This document shows positions 53,821 to 64,000 of a stretch of DNA of 64,000 bases, one piece after another. Below the pieces are notes generated by a model. It ran no database searches. It was given only the letters and a program-made list of their open reading frames with translations, and was not told the origin of the DNA. Position 1 is the stretch's first letter; each line of letters opens with the position of its first letter. Both the position numbers and the translations under genes were made by a program. Source of the stretch: Epiperipatus broadwayi (lineage: Eukaryota > Animalia > Onychophora); assembly GCA_028023455.1 (NCBI GenBank), contig JAQFVV010000007.1, positions 14,446,001-14,510,000 on the forward strand, written 5' to 3'.

Positions 53821-55118
53821 AACTTTTTTTTTCAAACTGATTTTTTTTTACCATGTCATCATAAACCATGTGTTAAAATATATAGCATTTAATAGACTTA
53901 TCAGATAGTGATATTTATTTGTTCACATTTTAGACACAAATTTCATTAAAAAAAGATTTTCTTTATCAGATTTAAATATGATTTTTTTAAAAATTATTGT
54001 GTTAGTAAATATAAATATCTACCAAATCAAGTCCAATTTATTAAATTCTGTTATAGAATATTTCTTTAATAATAAAATCAAATGTTGAAAACTTATAAAA
54101 ATCTTGATCACAATGACATAGAATTAAGGATGGAATGCAGAAAAATAATAAATCTTTGCAGAAAAGCAATTTTAAGAAGGGCCATCTCCAAACTATAGCC
54201 ATAGTCAAAATTAGAGATGTTTATTGAAAAGTTAAGCAAAAATTGATTTGCTTTATTTTAAGATATGAAAGATGAAACACAACTCAGTTGTGAAATGTGA
54301 CGTTTTTTATCATTAATCTTTTTATGACCAAGTAAAATAATTTAATAGGATCTAGTTTTGCAAAATTTAATTATATATATATGGATTCACTTTGAATGTT
54401 ATTTTCGGCAAAATAAAACTATTTATACCAAAATTGTTATTAAAATTAATTTTAAATAAAAAAAATGAAAAAAATGAAACAACCATATATTTATATACAA
54501 TGGTCAAATATCCAGAATAAAAATTATTTGTCCACAAATTATATTAATCATACATTTATTTAAAAAAATAAAGAGAAAAAAACAAGTTTCTTTTTACATT
54601 AGTTAAAATAACATAACTTTTTTTTATCCATAATGTAAATTTAAATTCTTCAAAAACTATCATACAATTACAAATATATATTATATTTATTAAATAAAAA
54701 CATCTTTCAATAATAATAAACCATCTTATGACAAAAAAATTTCTTTATAATTTTTTTCACTTTGTAAATAAAATATGGATAAATCTTATCATTTTGTTTA
54801 ATTTGAATTTTACTCTTTGGCCTTTAAATTATAACATCTTGTATTTGATAACTTCTGTCATCCAGCAATAAAAACAAAAACAAAAATATGCAATATTTAC
54901 TATTCTTTAAGGACTATGTATCATAAAATTTTAATATAACTATTGATATATGGACCATTTAAATTTTGTGTGAATTATATCTAGACCAGAATATTTAATT
55001 ATCAGTATAATTCTGTGGTATTGTGAATTTTCTAAGAAAGGATTAAGAAGCACACATATAATTATATTCTTAAATAATAAATGTAGTAATACTGAAATCT
55101 AAATGTGTTTGTAAGTAA

Positions 55119-55550
55119 TCATTAAAAAACAGTCAACGCATAGACAATCCCAATACCAATAACAATCAACAATTTCAAATTGTTGGTTTGAAAATTATAA
55201 TTGCAGTTTGTAATGTTATAATTGACTTTATATATATATGTCAAAGCATTGACTGGAAGTGAATCCGGGCAAGCTGCTTAGAAGGCAGCTATGCTAACCG
55301 CTAGGCCACCAATGCTTGACTATAATTGACTATTTATTAATCTGTATTAAAAACAGATTGTATTTACCTGTTTCAAGAGGTTTATTTAAATTTCTTTAAT
55401 AATTTCAATCCCTGTGGTCATATTGCAATCTTTTAATATCTAAGGTGAGATTCTATCTTTATTGTTAGTAGGTGGTTGCCTTGACAACAGTTTGAAATTG
55501 TTGATTGTTATTGATATTGGGATTGTTTAAGTATTGACTGTTTTTAATGA
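55119..55550. repeat. Family B palindrome (~70-bp inverted arms) with a nested tRNA-Gly SINE
   Basis: 55119-55190 is the reverse complement of ~55480-55550. Confidence 0.8.
55217..55331 (-). pseudogene. tRNA-Gly(TCC)-derived SINE copy (tRNA part 55246-55315, anticodon mutated to TCT)
   Basis: GCATTGGTGGCCTAGCGGTTAGCATAGCTGCCTTCTAAGCAGCTTGCCCGGATTCACTTCCAGTCAATGC followed by TTTGACA. Flanking repeat tataattgact at 55217-55227 and 55321-55331. Confidence 0.8.
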
Positions 55551-56429
55551 ATTATATTCTTTATAGGTAGAAATTATGAGCAGTGTAATATATTTTGATT
55601 AACTTAACAATAATAAATTATTTGATTGACGAATAGATGTCATGTTAAACTTTATCTTTATCCTTAGTCATTTTGTCATTACAATATATATATACGCACA
55701 TACCATACAAGCTATCGACTGATTTAGTTTTGGAGCAATCTGTTCCATCAATTAATGCTTGAATAATTCTAATATATCATTTTAGATAATAGAAAATATC
55801 ACAAAATATATCATTTATTGCTATTCTTCTTTTTAATAAATACGTTGAGATTAATAGATTTAAATTTACTCTTCAAACTCCATTAAAAATAATTGCGTTA
55901 TTTTGTTCTTAGTAACTAATCCAAGAAATCAAAATATCAATCTATGGATCAGGTATCAGAACCTTTTTATATTTAATAATTTTAATGCGAAAGGTCATAT
56001 TATTTATAAACTTTTTTAAATTATTAAGATCTTTTTTCTTTATTTTTGTTGTTTTTGCAAAATTATTTAATCGCGCAGAAAAAGTAATTTCTGGTTTATT
56101 TTGATTATTTATCGTTGATACAATTTCATGCTTAAAATCTTCAAAATAATACCTACGTTTAAAACTTTAGTAAAAAATAAAATGATATTTTGAAAGTTTT
56201 AGTTTATTCGATTTACAATTCCAATTACATTTGATTTTATTATTATTATTAATCTTACAAAGGAATTGGATAATCATTACCATTGGTATAATTATAATAT
56301 CTATTTTGCTAACATCTAAGTTTGCCTTAATGATATTATTATGCACATTAAAATATAAACAAAGACGATTCCAACAATATTTCATAAGTGGAGACGATTC
56401 TTCAGTGTATTTTATTTGATATATACAAT

Positions 56430-56796
56430 CATACAAAATCTAAAAACAGGCAAAACTCTCCATATAGTATTGCTACTCAGTGCAAGCTAGAGTAATCAAT
56501 GGATGTCAGAAGGCTTATGCATAAAATCCCCAACTAGTGCCTATTCATCCAATATCCCCAGACTAGTTTCTGGCTTGTGGGCTCCTCACTGATGAAAGCC
56601 ACAAGCCGGAAACTAGTCTGGGGATATTTGATGAGTAGGCACTAGATGGGGATTTTATGCACAAGCCTTCTAGAATCCATTGATTACTCTGGCTTGCACT
56701 GAGTGGCAATAGTATGGAGATTTTGACCTGTTTTAATAACAGTTATAAGCAAGCATAAGAAATGGTGATCATGTGATGTTTATTGACATACAAAAT
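56430..56796. mobile_element. Family C palindrome, best-preserved copy
   Basis: Near-perfect inverted arms ~56445-56580 and ~56598-56735, with the tail on the right only (to ~56782). Flanking repeat catacaaaat at 56430-56439 and 56787-56796. Confidence 0.9.
56583..56624 (+). ncRNA. Type I hammerhead ribozyme (family C), most intact copy
   Basis: Stem I TCCTCA/TGGGGA, core CTGATGA (56589-56595), loop II aagc-cacaa-gccg, GAAA (56609-56612), palindromic ACTAGT, GUC site with cleavage predicted after 56618. Stem II pairing is imperfect. Confidence 0.7.
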
Positions 56797-58159
56797 GCAA
56801 AATATAAATTAATTTAAATTTCATGGTGATAATTTCATATACTATAATTGTCTCCTTTTAATATTTGTATTTGTTAAAGATGCAGATCTAAATTTTGATA
56901 CATCAACATAAATATTGGAGAACCTAACAATCTCAAGGTATTATCAGTTTATCATAAAATCAAAAAACAATATAGATATTGTTTTGTCACCAGTAAAATA
57001 CAAAAAAGTGTCATTAACAAAAACATTGTTTTACGTAAATTTGAAACCATATGAGCTCCAACCATCATATGCAATACTGTTCTTACTAAAACTGCCATTC
57101 TACATAAAAAATTGAAAAGTTATCTACAATATATATGCCTTTCAAGAATAACTTTCTTTAGCCATGGAAACACTGCTAACAATCCATGTGTGAATAGAAT
57201 AGTCACCTGATATATTAATACTACAAAGGTAATCAATATATGTAATGCTTTATGATTTGTTCCAATTTACAATCACCATGTCTCTCTGTCTAGTTATAAA
57301 TCCTTCTATAAATTTCTTCTTCTAATTTTTCTGTTTCTTTTTTCCAGTTCCATTTTGGACATCTTTTTTTTTTTCCTTGGTGGAATCCTGTCTAATATTA
57401 CTGTGATAATATTCCTAAAACACCCTCTGCAAGTGCACATAACATTCCAATTATTTTGCTCTGATGGAATGTATTATAGTATGTTCATTATTTTGTACAA
57501 TTTTTTTAGTGCTTGCACACTCTCTTTTACTCCCATGCAAATCTTTATTTGTGATCTGTTTTCATAGCCATCCGTTTTTTTATTGTAAATTAGCCTATTA
57601 TAAATTAAATGCTATACTTGTGTGTACTGTCACAGTGCTTCAAGAAAGTTGATAAATAAAGTTATTCCTGAAGTACATGTATATGCCAGATTATTTAAAA
57701 GTGTTTATCATATACTATGGTAGCTATAATAAAATATATAAAATGCACTATGATTAGAGCTGCCATTTTTAAAGTTTTTACTTTTAATTTGAAGCATATC
57801 AATTTATTTTAAATTATTCTATCTAAAATATAATTTACATATTGACAGTAATTCATTTATTGTAATTTAATCAACATATTGAAGAAAATTGTTGTATGTT
57901 TGTCATACCCACTTTTGAATACTAACTTCAAAGTTATTTCCTTTCTTATTAAATGGAATTAAGTACATTTTAATAGTTAGATTATACACTATTGCAAAAA
58001 TATTTAATTCTAAAGCAGATAAATAACAATAAATTTACTGCTTTTACCATGTACCAACAAAGAAAATTGCATAAATGATGATGAGTTAAAACCTTTCATT
58101 ATATTCAATCCTTTAACTAGTTACCCACAGAAATTTATTCAAATCAAATTGCTTCCAAA

Positions 58160-60470
58160 TTCATCATCATCAATCATTATCAATCCACTGCAGGATAAAG
58201 GTCTCTCCAAGATCATTCCATCTTCTCCAATCTTTATCTTGTTTTCTCCACATCATCCCTGCATACTTTCTTATTCATTCATCCATCTCAAATGTGGTCT
58301 CTTTCTAGGTCTCTTACAATCTCTTGCAATCCAGATTAAGATTGCAATTATATATCCATTATCATCTCTTCTAGCAATATGTCCAGCCCAACTCTACTTG
58401 TTTTTTAATTTTTTCAATGAAGTCAGTAACACCTATTTGTTCTTTTACCCATATATTGCATTTTCAATCTCTTCTTGTTACTCTCAACAAGCACCTCTTC
58501 ATATTTTTTTGAGTGGACTGAAGTTTCTGTATTGCTCTTCTATTAAGTGTCCAAGTCTCAGATCCATAAGTAAGAAATGATAAAATCACATTTATTAAAA
58601 ACCTTCCATTTCAAACACATAAGCATATTTCCTTTTAGTATCAAGTTATTTCTACCAAAAGCACCCTGATCAAGTTTAATTCTATGATTAATTTCACTCA
58701 TTATGTTTCTATTTGTATTAATAATCTGACCAAAATATTTGTAGCTGTTAACTTTTTCAACTCGTCATAATCAATCTTTATTTTCATATTTTGAGAAAAT
58801 CCATTAAACATTACTTTAGTCTTTTTAACATGTATCCTGAGTCCTACTTTCATCTGGTAACTCCTGCAACATTTCCTGCAGTTCTAAATCATTATTTGCA
58901 AAAACAATTACATCATCTGCAAAATCTAAATGACTTAAATAATCTCCATTTACTTTCCCTTCTTTAGCTTCCCATTTTAATCCACAATATACTTCTTGCC
59001 GCACTGCTGTAAAAAGTTTTGGAGATATGGAGTCACCTTGTCTTACACCCTTCTCAATGTTGACTTTCCTAGTATTATTATGTAATATAATTGTTGCTGT
59101 TGCATTTTTATAAATATTCTTTAAAATATGACAATATCCTGGATTTATACCTTGATGATCCAATGCTTTAATCACTAAAGAAATGTTTATAGAATCAAAT
59201 GCCTTTTCATAATCCACAAATCCAATGCTTAATGGCAACTCATATTCATTCGTCCTTTCTATAACTTCTCTCAATACCTGGATATGATCTACTGTAGTAA
59301 AACTACATTTAAATCCAGCTTGTTCTCTTGGTTGGTGAAAATCCAATATTCTCTGTAGATGATTTGTAATTGTCTTGGTAAAAATTTTGTATAAAACTGA
59401 TAAAAGGCTGATAGGTCTGTAATTTCTAATATCTTTTTATCACCTTTTTTAAATGTTAATATTAATACTGCATTCTTCCAATCATCTGGTACATCTTTAT
59501 CACTTAGACATTTGGTATATAACTTTGCCAAATAAAATTATACTTTTTCACCTGCTTCTTTTAATATATCAATCATACTTCCATCATTACCTGGCACCTT
59601 TCTTTTCTTCATAAATTTAATTGCATGTCTCACTTTTTCATTTAATATTCTGGGAAATTCTGAAGATATAATAGATATAGGAGGTACTGTTCTTTATTAC
59701 TATATAATTCTTGACAGAAGTCTTCTACCCATTCCATGATGTAATCTCTCTTTTTAATAATAATTTCATTTTTCTTTTTTATTGCAGATATAAATTTCCT
59801 ACCAATATCAAAATGTTGTTTTATACTCTTGAGACTTTTATTCTCTTCTAGAGCTTTCCTTGCTAGTTCACAGTTATACTTTCTTATATTATTTTCAACT
59901 CCTTTTCGCACCATTTTACAAAATTCGAGATATTCAATTCTTTTTAATACATCACTATTGTATATCTTCATATTCCTTCTTTTCTTCATAAATTCTCTAG
60001 TCTTAGTAGAAATTTTATTAGTCAATTGCTGCTTTTTTCTACCAGCTATCTTTGTTGCAGTTTTTATAAGTGTATCAGTTATTTTCGTATTAATTTCATT
60101 CAAATATGAATCATGTTTAAAATCTACTAATACTTGAAACCGATTTGTAAGTTCTAATTTAAATTCATTAGGATGTTTTTGAAGATTAGGAATAGCAACT
60201 GTAAATATTGTTTTTCTTAATAATTTATGTCTCTCTATTAACATGTATTTTACATCTTTCTAAATGATGATCACTTCCTGTGTTAAATTTATTAAGAACA
60301 TTACAATCTTGAAATATGTATTTTCTGTTAATCAAAATATAATCCAATTCTGCTGTACCTTTATTTGGATGCTTCTATGTCCATTTCCTTTTAACATTTT
60401 TCTCAAAAAAAGAATTCCAGATTATAAGCATTTAAATGAAAAACAGTTGATGTAAAAACTGTCATTAAAG
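58160..60470 (-). mobile_element. RTE/BovB-like LINE, 5'-truncated and frameshifted
   Basis: QPREQAGF, FVDYEKAFDSI, KGVRQGDSISPKLF and HLDFADD (ORF 58825-59346). VPDDWKNA (ORF 59289-59531). APE motifs VLNKFNTGSDH and ELDYIL at ~60265-60350. (ATG)n-type 3' tail. Confidence 0.92.
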
Positions 60471-61589
60471 AAGTTTTGTGATTTAGCGCTGACTTTAGGA
60501 CTGAAGATTAGTTTATGGCATCTTTATGGAGGATATAGTTTTAATTTGAAGTGATTAAAGCAAAAACAAAATTTCATTGCTTGATTTCTACATTTACAAT
60601 ATGCTATGCTTGCAAAATTCTTGTATTTTAAATAATGATCTGCAGAATGTTTTTAATATTTTGAATAGATACTATAATAGTGTTTGTGCAGTAATTATTG
60701 TTCAAAATATTAAGGGTTTTTACCAGCTTGAAATTTTTAAAAAAAATGTCAATAATTTTGGACTTGGAAGAATATTATCTTTAATGATTAAATTTTCTGT
60801 ATTTTTTTATGTAACTGTAAAGCAAGAACTCTAATATATTGCTGATATAATTAATAAGTTAAAAGATAGAATATTTTATTATAGAAATAAAACTAAAATA
60901 TTTAATACTTTCTAATTTAATATTTTCTAGGTTCATTTAAATCTAGAAATTGTTTTGTTTACAATGGTTCTATTTTGGATTGATGGTACTTTGTATTAAT
61001 AAATTGTTTGATTCACTTTTATCTTACTTAAGAGTTAATTTTTAATGGTATGAATGTATAATTTAATTTATATTTTTGTACCTAGATGTGTGTTCTAATC
61101 AGAAGAGAAGATCAGCTTTAGTTTTATTTGCTTATAATTGTTTCTATTTATTTTGGAAATGTATGATTTTATTTCAAATATAATTTGATTTATTTTAATA
61201 ATATGTTTATTAATAAATATATATATTTTATATTTACTAATGATATTTAAAAAACTGGCGATAAGACAAAAATTATCTACTAATATTCATGATAAATACT
61301 TAGACATTTTTTTATTTTTCAATATAGTACTAATATCACTTAAAATTTCAAAAACATTCATTGTTTTTAATAGATTTCAAATTATTTTAAATAGCAACTA
61401 TGTTAGAAAATAATATCATTTTTCTAAAACCAGTTTATTCAAATTGAAATCACCATATATGATGAAATTAAATATAAATTTTGAACTTGACTTAGTTACA
61501 TTTAATCTTCCATGGTAGGGTTAAATTTATTGTATTTTTTTTATAATTAAAAATATTTCTAAATAAGTAAATTCATCACATTAATAAAT

Positions 61590-62154
61590 GAATCCACATT
61601 CATTTGTATTTTTATATTGGACTATTTCCATCATTTAATATGTGTATTGGATGTCTTTAGAAAAATTGAACTTTATTTAAAAATTCCAAATACATGCAAC
61701 TGTTAGTAATAGTACATTAAACAGGTTAGTATATGCATGACATTTTGAGAGGTATTATTCTCCTCTCTTCTTCAGGTGTTGCTGGCCTGACCAGTGACAA
61801 TACTAGCATGGAATTTGAACCTAGGTTCTTAGATTCTTGATTATTAAATTTTAAGGTAATGCTCTAACCAACTGAGCTATCCTTCCAAAGGACCAGGTTC
61901 AAATCCCATGCTAGTATTGTCACTAGTCAGACCAGCAACACCTGAAGAAGATGGGTGAATAATATCTCTCAAAATGTTGTGCATCTACTAACCTGTTTGC
62001 TGTGCTATTACTAACAGTTGAATGTATTTAGAATATTTAAATAAAGTTAAATTTTTCTAAAGACATTTAATATGCATATTAAATAATAAAAATAGTCCAG
62101 TATAAAAATATAACTAGAACACCATCATCACAAACATTCAGGAATCCACATTCA
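61590..62154. mobile_element. Family A full palindrome: tRNA-type promoter plus an HHR on each strand
   Basis: Arms 61603-61822 and 61895-62118. HHR cores at 61733-61782 (-) and 61935-61985 (+). Flanking repeat gaatccacattca at 61590-61602 and 62142-62154. Confidence 0.9.
61808..61885 (-). promoter_or_regulatory. tRNA-derived Pol III type-2 promoter (A and B boxes) upstream of the family A HHR
   Basis: Minus strand TAGCTCAGTTGGTTAGAGC (A box, within 61861-61880) and GGTTCAAATTCC (B box, ~61810-61821). Confidence 0.7.
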
Positions 62155-63789
62155 GGCACTGGACAGAGTAAGTAAGAAATCTGCTAAAAAAATTAGAATC
62201 TAGATCATATTATGCATTTTTAACTTTTTTACAAATATGAAATGCTTAATTGCATTGCTGCAATGATTATTTTCTAATTGTGTTTTTTTAATAGTACAAA
62301 TTTCAATTTAAAACCAACTTATGACTTATTTTCTAGGTTAGATGTTATTAAAGATTTTAATTTCAACTATAGTCTTTATATGTTATCAAATATCAATGAA
62401 TATTTTAAGGAATATTAATAATAATTCAAGAAATTACTAAATTTCTAATGAGAAACAAATCACTTGTATATGTACCATCATCTTTAGTTTGAACCACACT
62501 AACTGATAACTAAATTTACATATAATTTTTTTCACTTGATTATTACACATTTTTGTAAATTATTAAATATTTGTTTCTTAATAGTATTAGATGTGTATAA
62601 TTATAATTTGTTTAAATATAATTGCTTTTTTAGGAAAAAATTAGTCAACAGAGACTTTACTGATATACACAGCAAAAACTTCCTAAAATCGAAAATGTTC
62701 TTAGATGTTTTATTGTTTGTTAGTAATGGAAAGTTATTTTCATTATTTTGAAGAACGTTTCTGTTGTTTGAATATAAGTTTAATTAACATTGACTTCAAA
62801 ATATACATTCAATAAAAAAAAAATCTTTTTTAAAATAAAAATTCATTTTGGCTGAAGACTAAAATGAATTCTTTTATTTTGATTATTAAAAATAAATAAA
62901 TAAGTAAATAGTTTTATTATTCAAGAATTTGTAAGAAATTGAAACACTGGAAATGCCAGAAATAAAATCAACCTGAACATTCTATGCTTCAGAATCTACG
63001 AGGCATTTTGATTCTTCTCTTTTTTTATTTTCAAAGTTGCTATTTTATTTTCTAGATTACTTTATTTTTATAAATTTATTTTTTGTTAAAAAAAGTATTA
63101 CAAACATAAAATTATAATGAAGAAAAGCTTTACTTTAAAAAAAATTAAACAGAAAGAAAAATAATAATCCATTGCAGTGGCAAAATATAAAAGATTAATA
63201 AGTTAACTGTTACTCAAACTTTTCACTTTTTTCCATAGTCCTAATATTTTACTTACTAATTCTAATATTGACTTTTAAAGTTTAAAGCATTAAAACTAAA
63301 TTGATTTAGATTTGTATGCTCATTATGAAGGCAAAAATCATATTAGGTTGATATTCCTTTTTCCCTGAAACATTTGATAAAATCTATCCTGTTGGTTTTC
63401 ATAATTAAAAATAATTATAGCCATATTAAACTAGTTAATGTAATAGACAGCTGACTAATTATACTAGATAATTATATAGTTATAACAATGTTCCATCAAA
63501 ACTAAACATATTTTGTTTGTTGTGATTATTTTTATATAGTAAATTATGAAAAATTATGATTAATTACACAAACATCTATATTGCAATTTAAACTCTGTAC
63601 AATTTTAAGATTAGCATGATTGACATGAATTATAAGTATTGATATTATAAAACCAACAAATATCACATGATTTCAACCTACATAATACTTTTAAGTAGCA
63701 AATTTATTTTTCTTCCAGTTTCTGTCATTTAGTGTAAGATTAAGTGTTTGATAGATGATTAATAAATCTCTATTCAATACTGTCCTATT

Positions 63790-63850
63790 CACATCTAGTT
63801 TTCTAGCCTATGACATTTACTAATGAAAAGTTTTGGATTGGGGTAATAAG
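63790..63850 (-). repeat. Highly degraded family C HHR-region remnant
   Basis: Minus strand ccaaaacttttcattagtaaatgtcataggctagaaaactagatg resembles ccaaggctcctcactgatgaaagccacaagctagaaactagtc. Confidence 0.35.
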
Positions 63851-64000
63851 TTCTTGAGCCTAAAATCTGCCATTTATTGCTTACTCAAACTGAACTAGGT
63901 GACAATATTGGAATAAGAAAAGTAGATTTGGTAATTATTAACATGAACAAACATTATTTTAATGATTTTGTAAATAATGTTAACTTAATGAAAACAAAAT

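Noticed and set aside
56167-56436. 89-aa minus-strand ORF as a host exon
   Set aside because: No recognisable motif, low-complexity Ile/Asn content, and no clear acceptor site.

Overview
Very AT-rich (about one quarter GC by eye), strongly CpG-depleted eukaryotic DNA, probably from an invertebrate animal. No intact host gene is recognisable and most of the window is decayed transposon. It holds three L1/Tx1-like LINE relics (8.1-10.7 kb +, 10.9-12.4 kb -, 39-41.8 kb -), several RTE/BovB-like relics, and a cluster of Penelope-like elements (PLEs: RT + GIY-YIG) at 29-37.8 kb that includes a 3.1-kb head-to-head palindrome. There is also a tRNA-derived ~140-bp satellite (14.8-17.0 kb), two tRNA-Gly-derived SINE copies and many microsatellites. 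The most striking pattern is at least three short non-coding repeat families (my labels A, C, D) that carry type I hammerhead-ribozyme (HHR) cores. They repeatedly occur as fold-back palindromes with an HHR on each strand, a one-sided 3' tail and 10-18 bp flanking direct repeats (TSD-like). Family C also shows the same head-to-tail junction at two loci, and family A has a tRNA-type Pol III promoter upstream of its HHR. Degenerate HHRs of the same layout sit at the 3' ends of the PLE copies, which suggests an autonomous PLE plus a set of non-autonomous palindromic retrozymes. All motifs were read by eye, most copies are mutated, and no activity is demonstrated.
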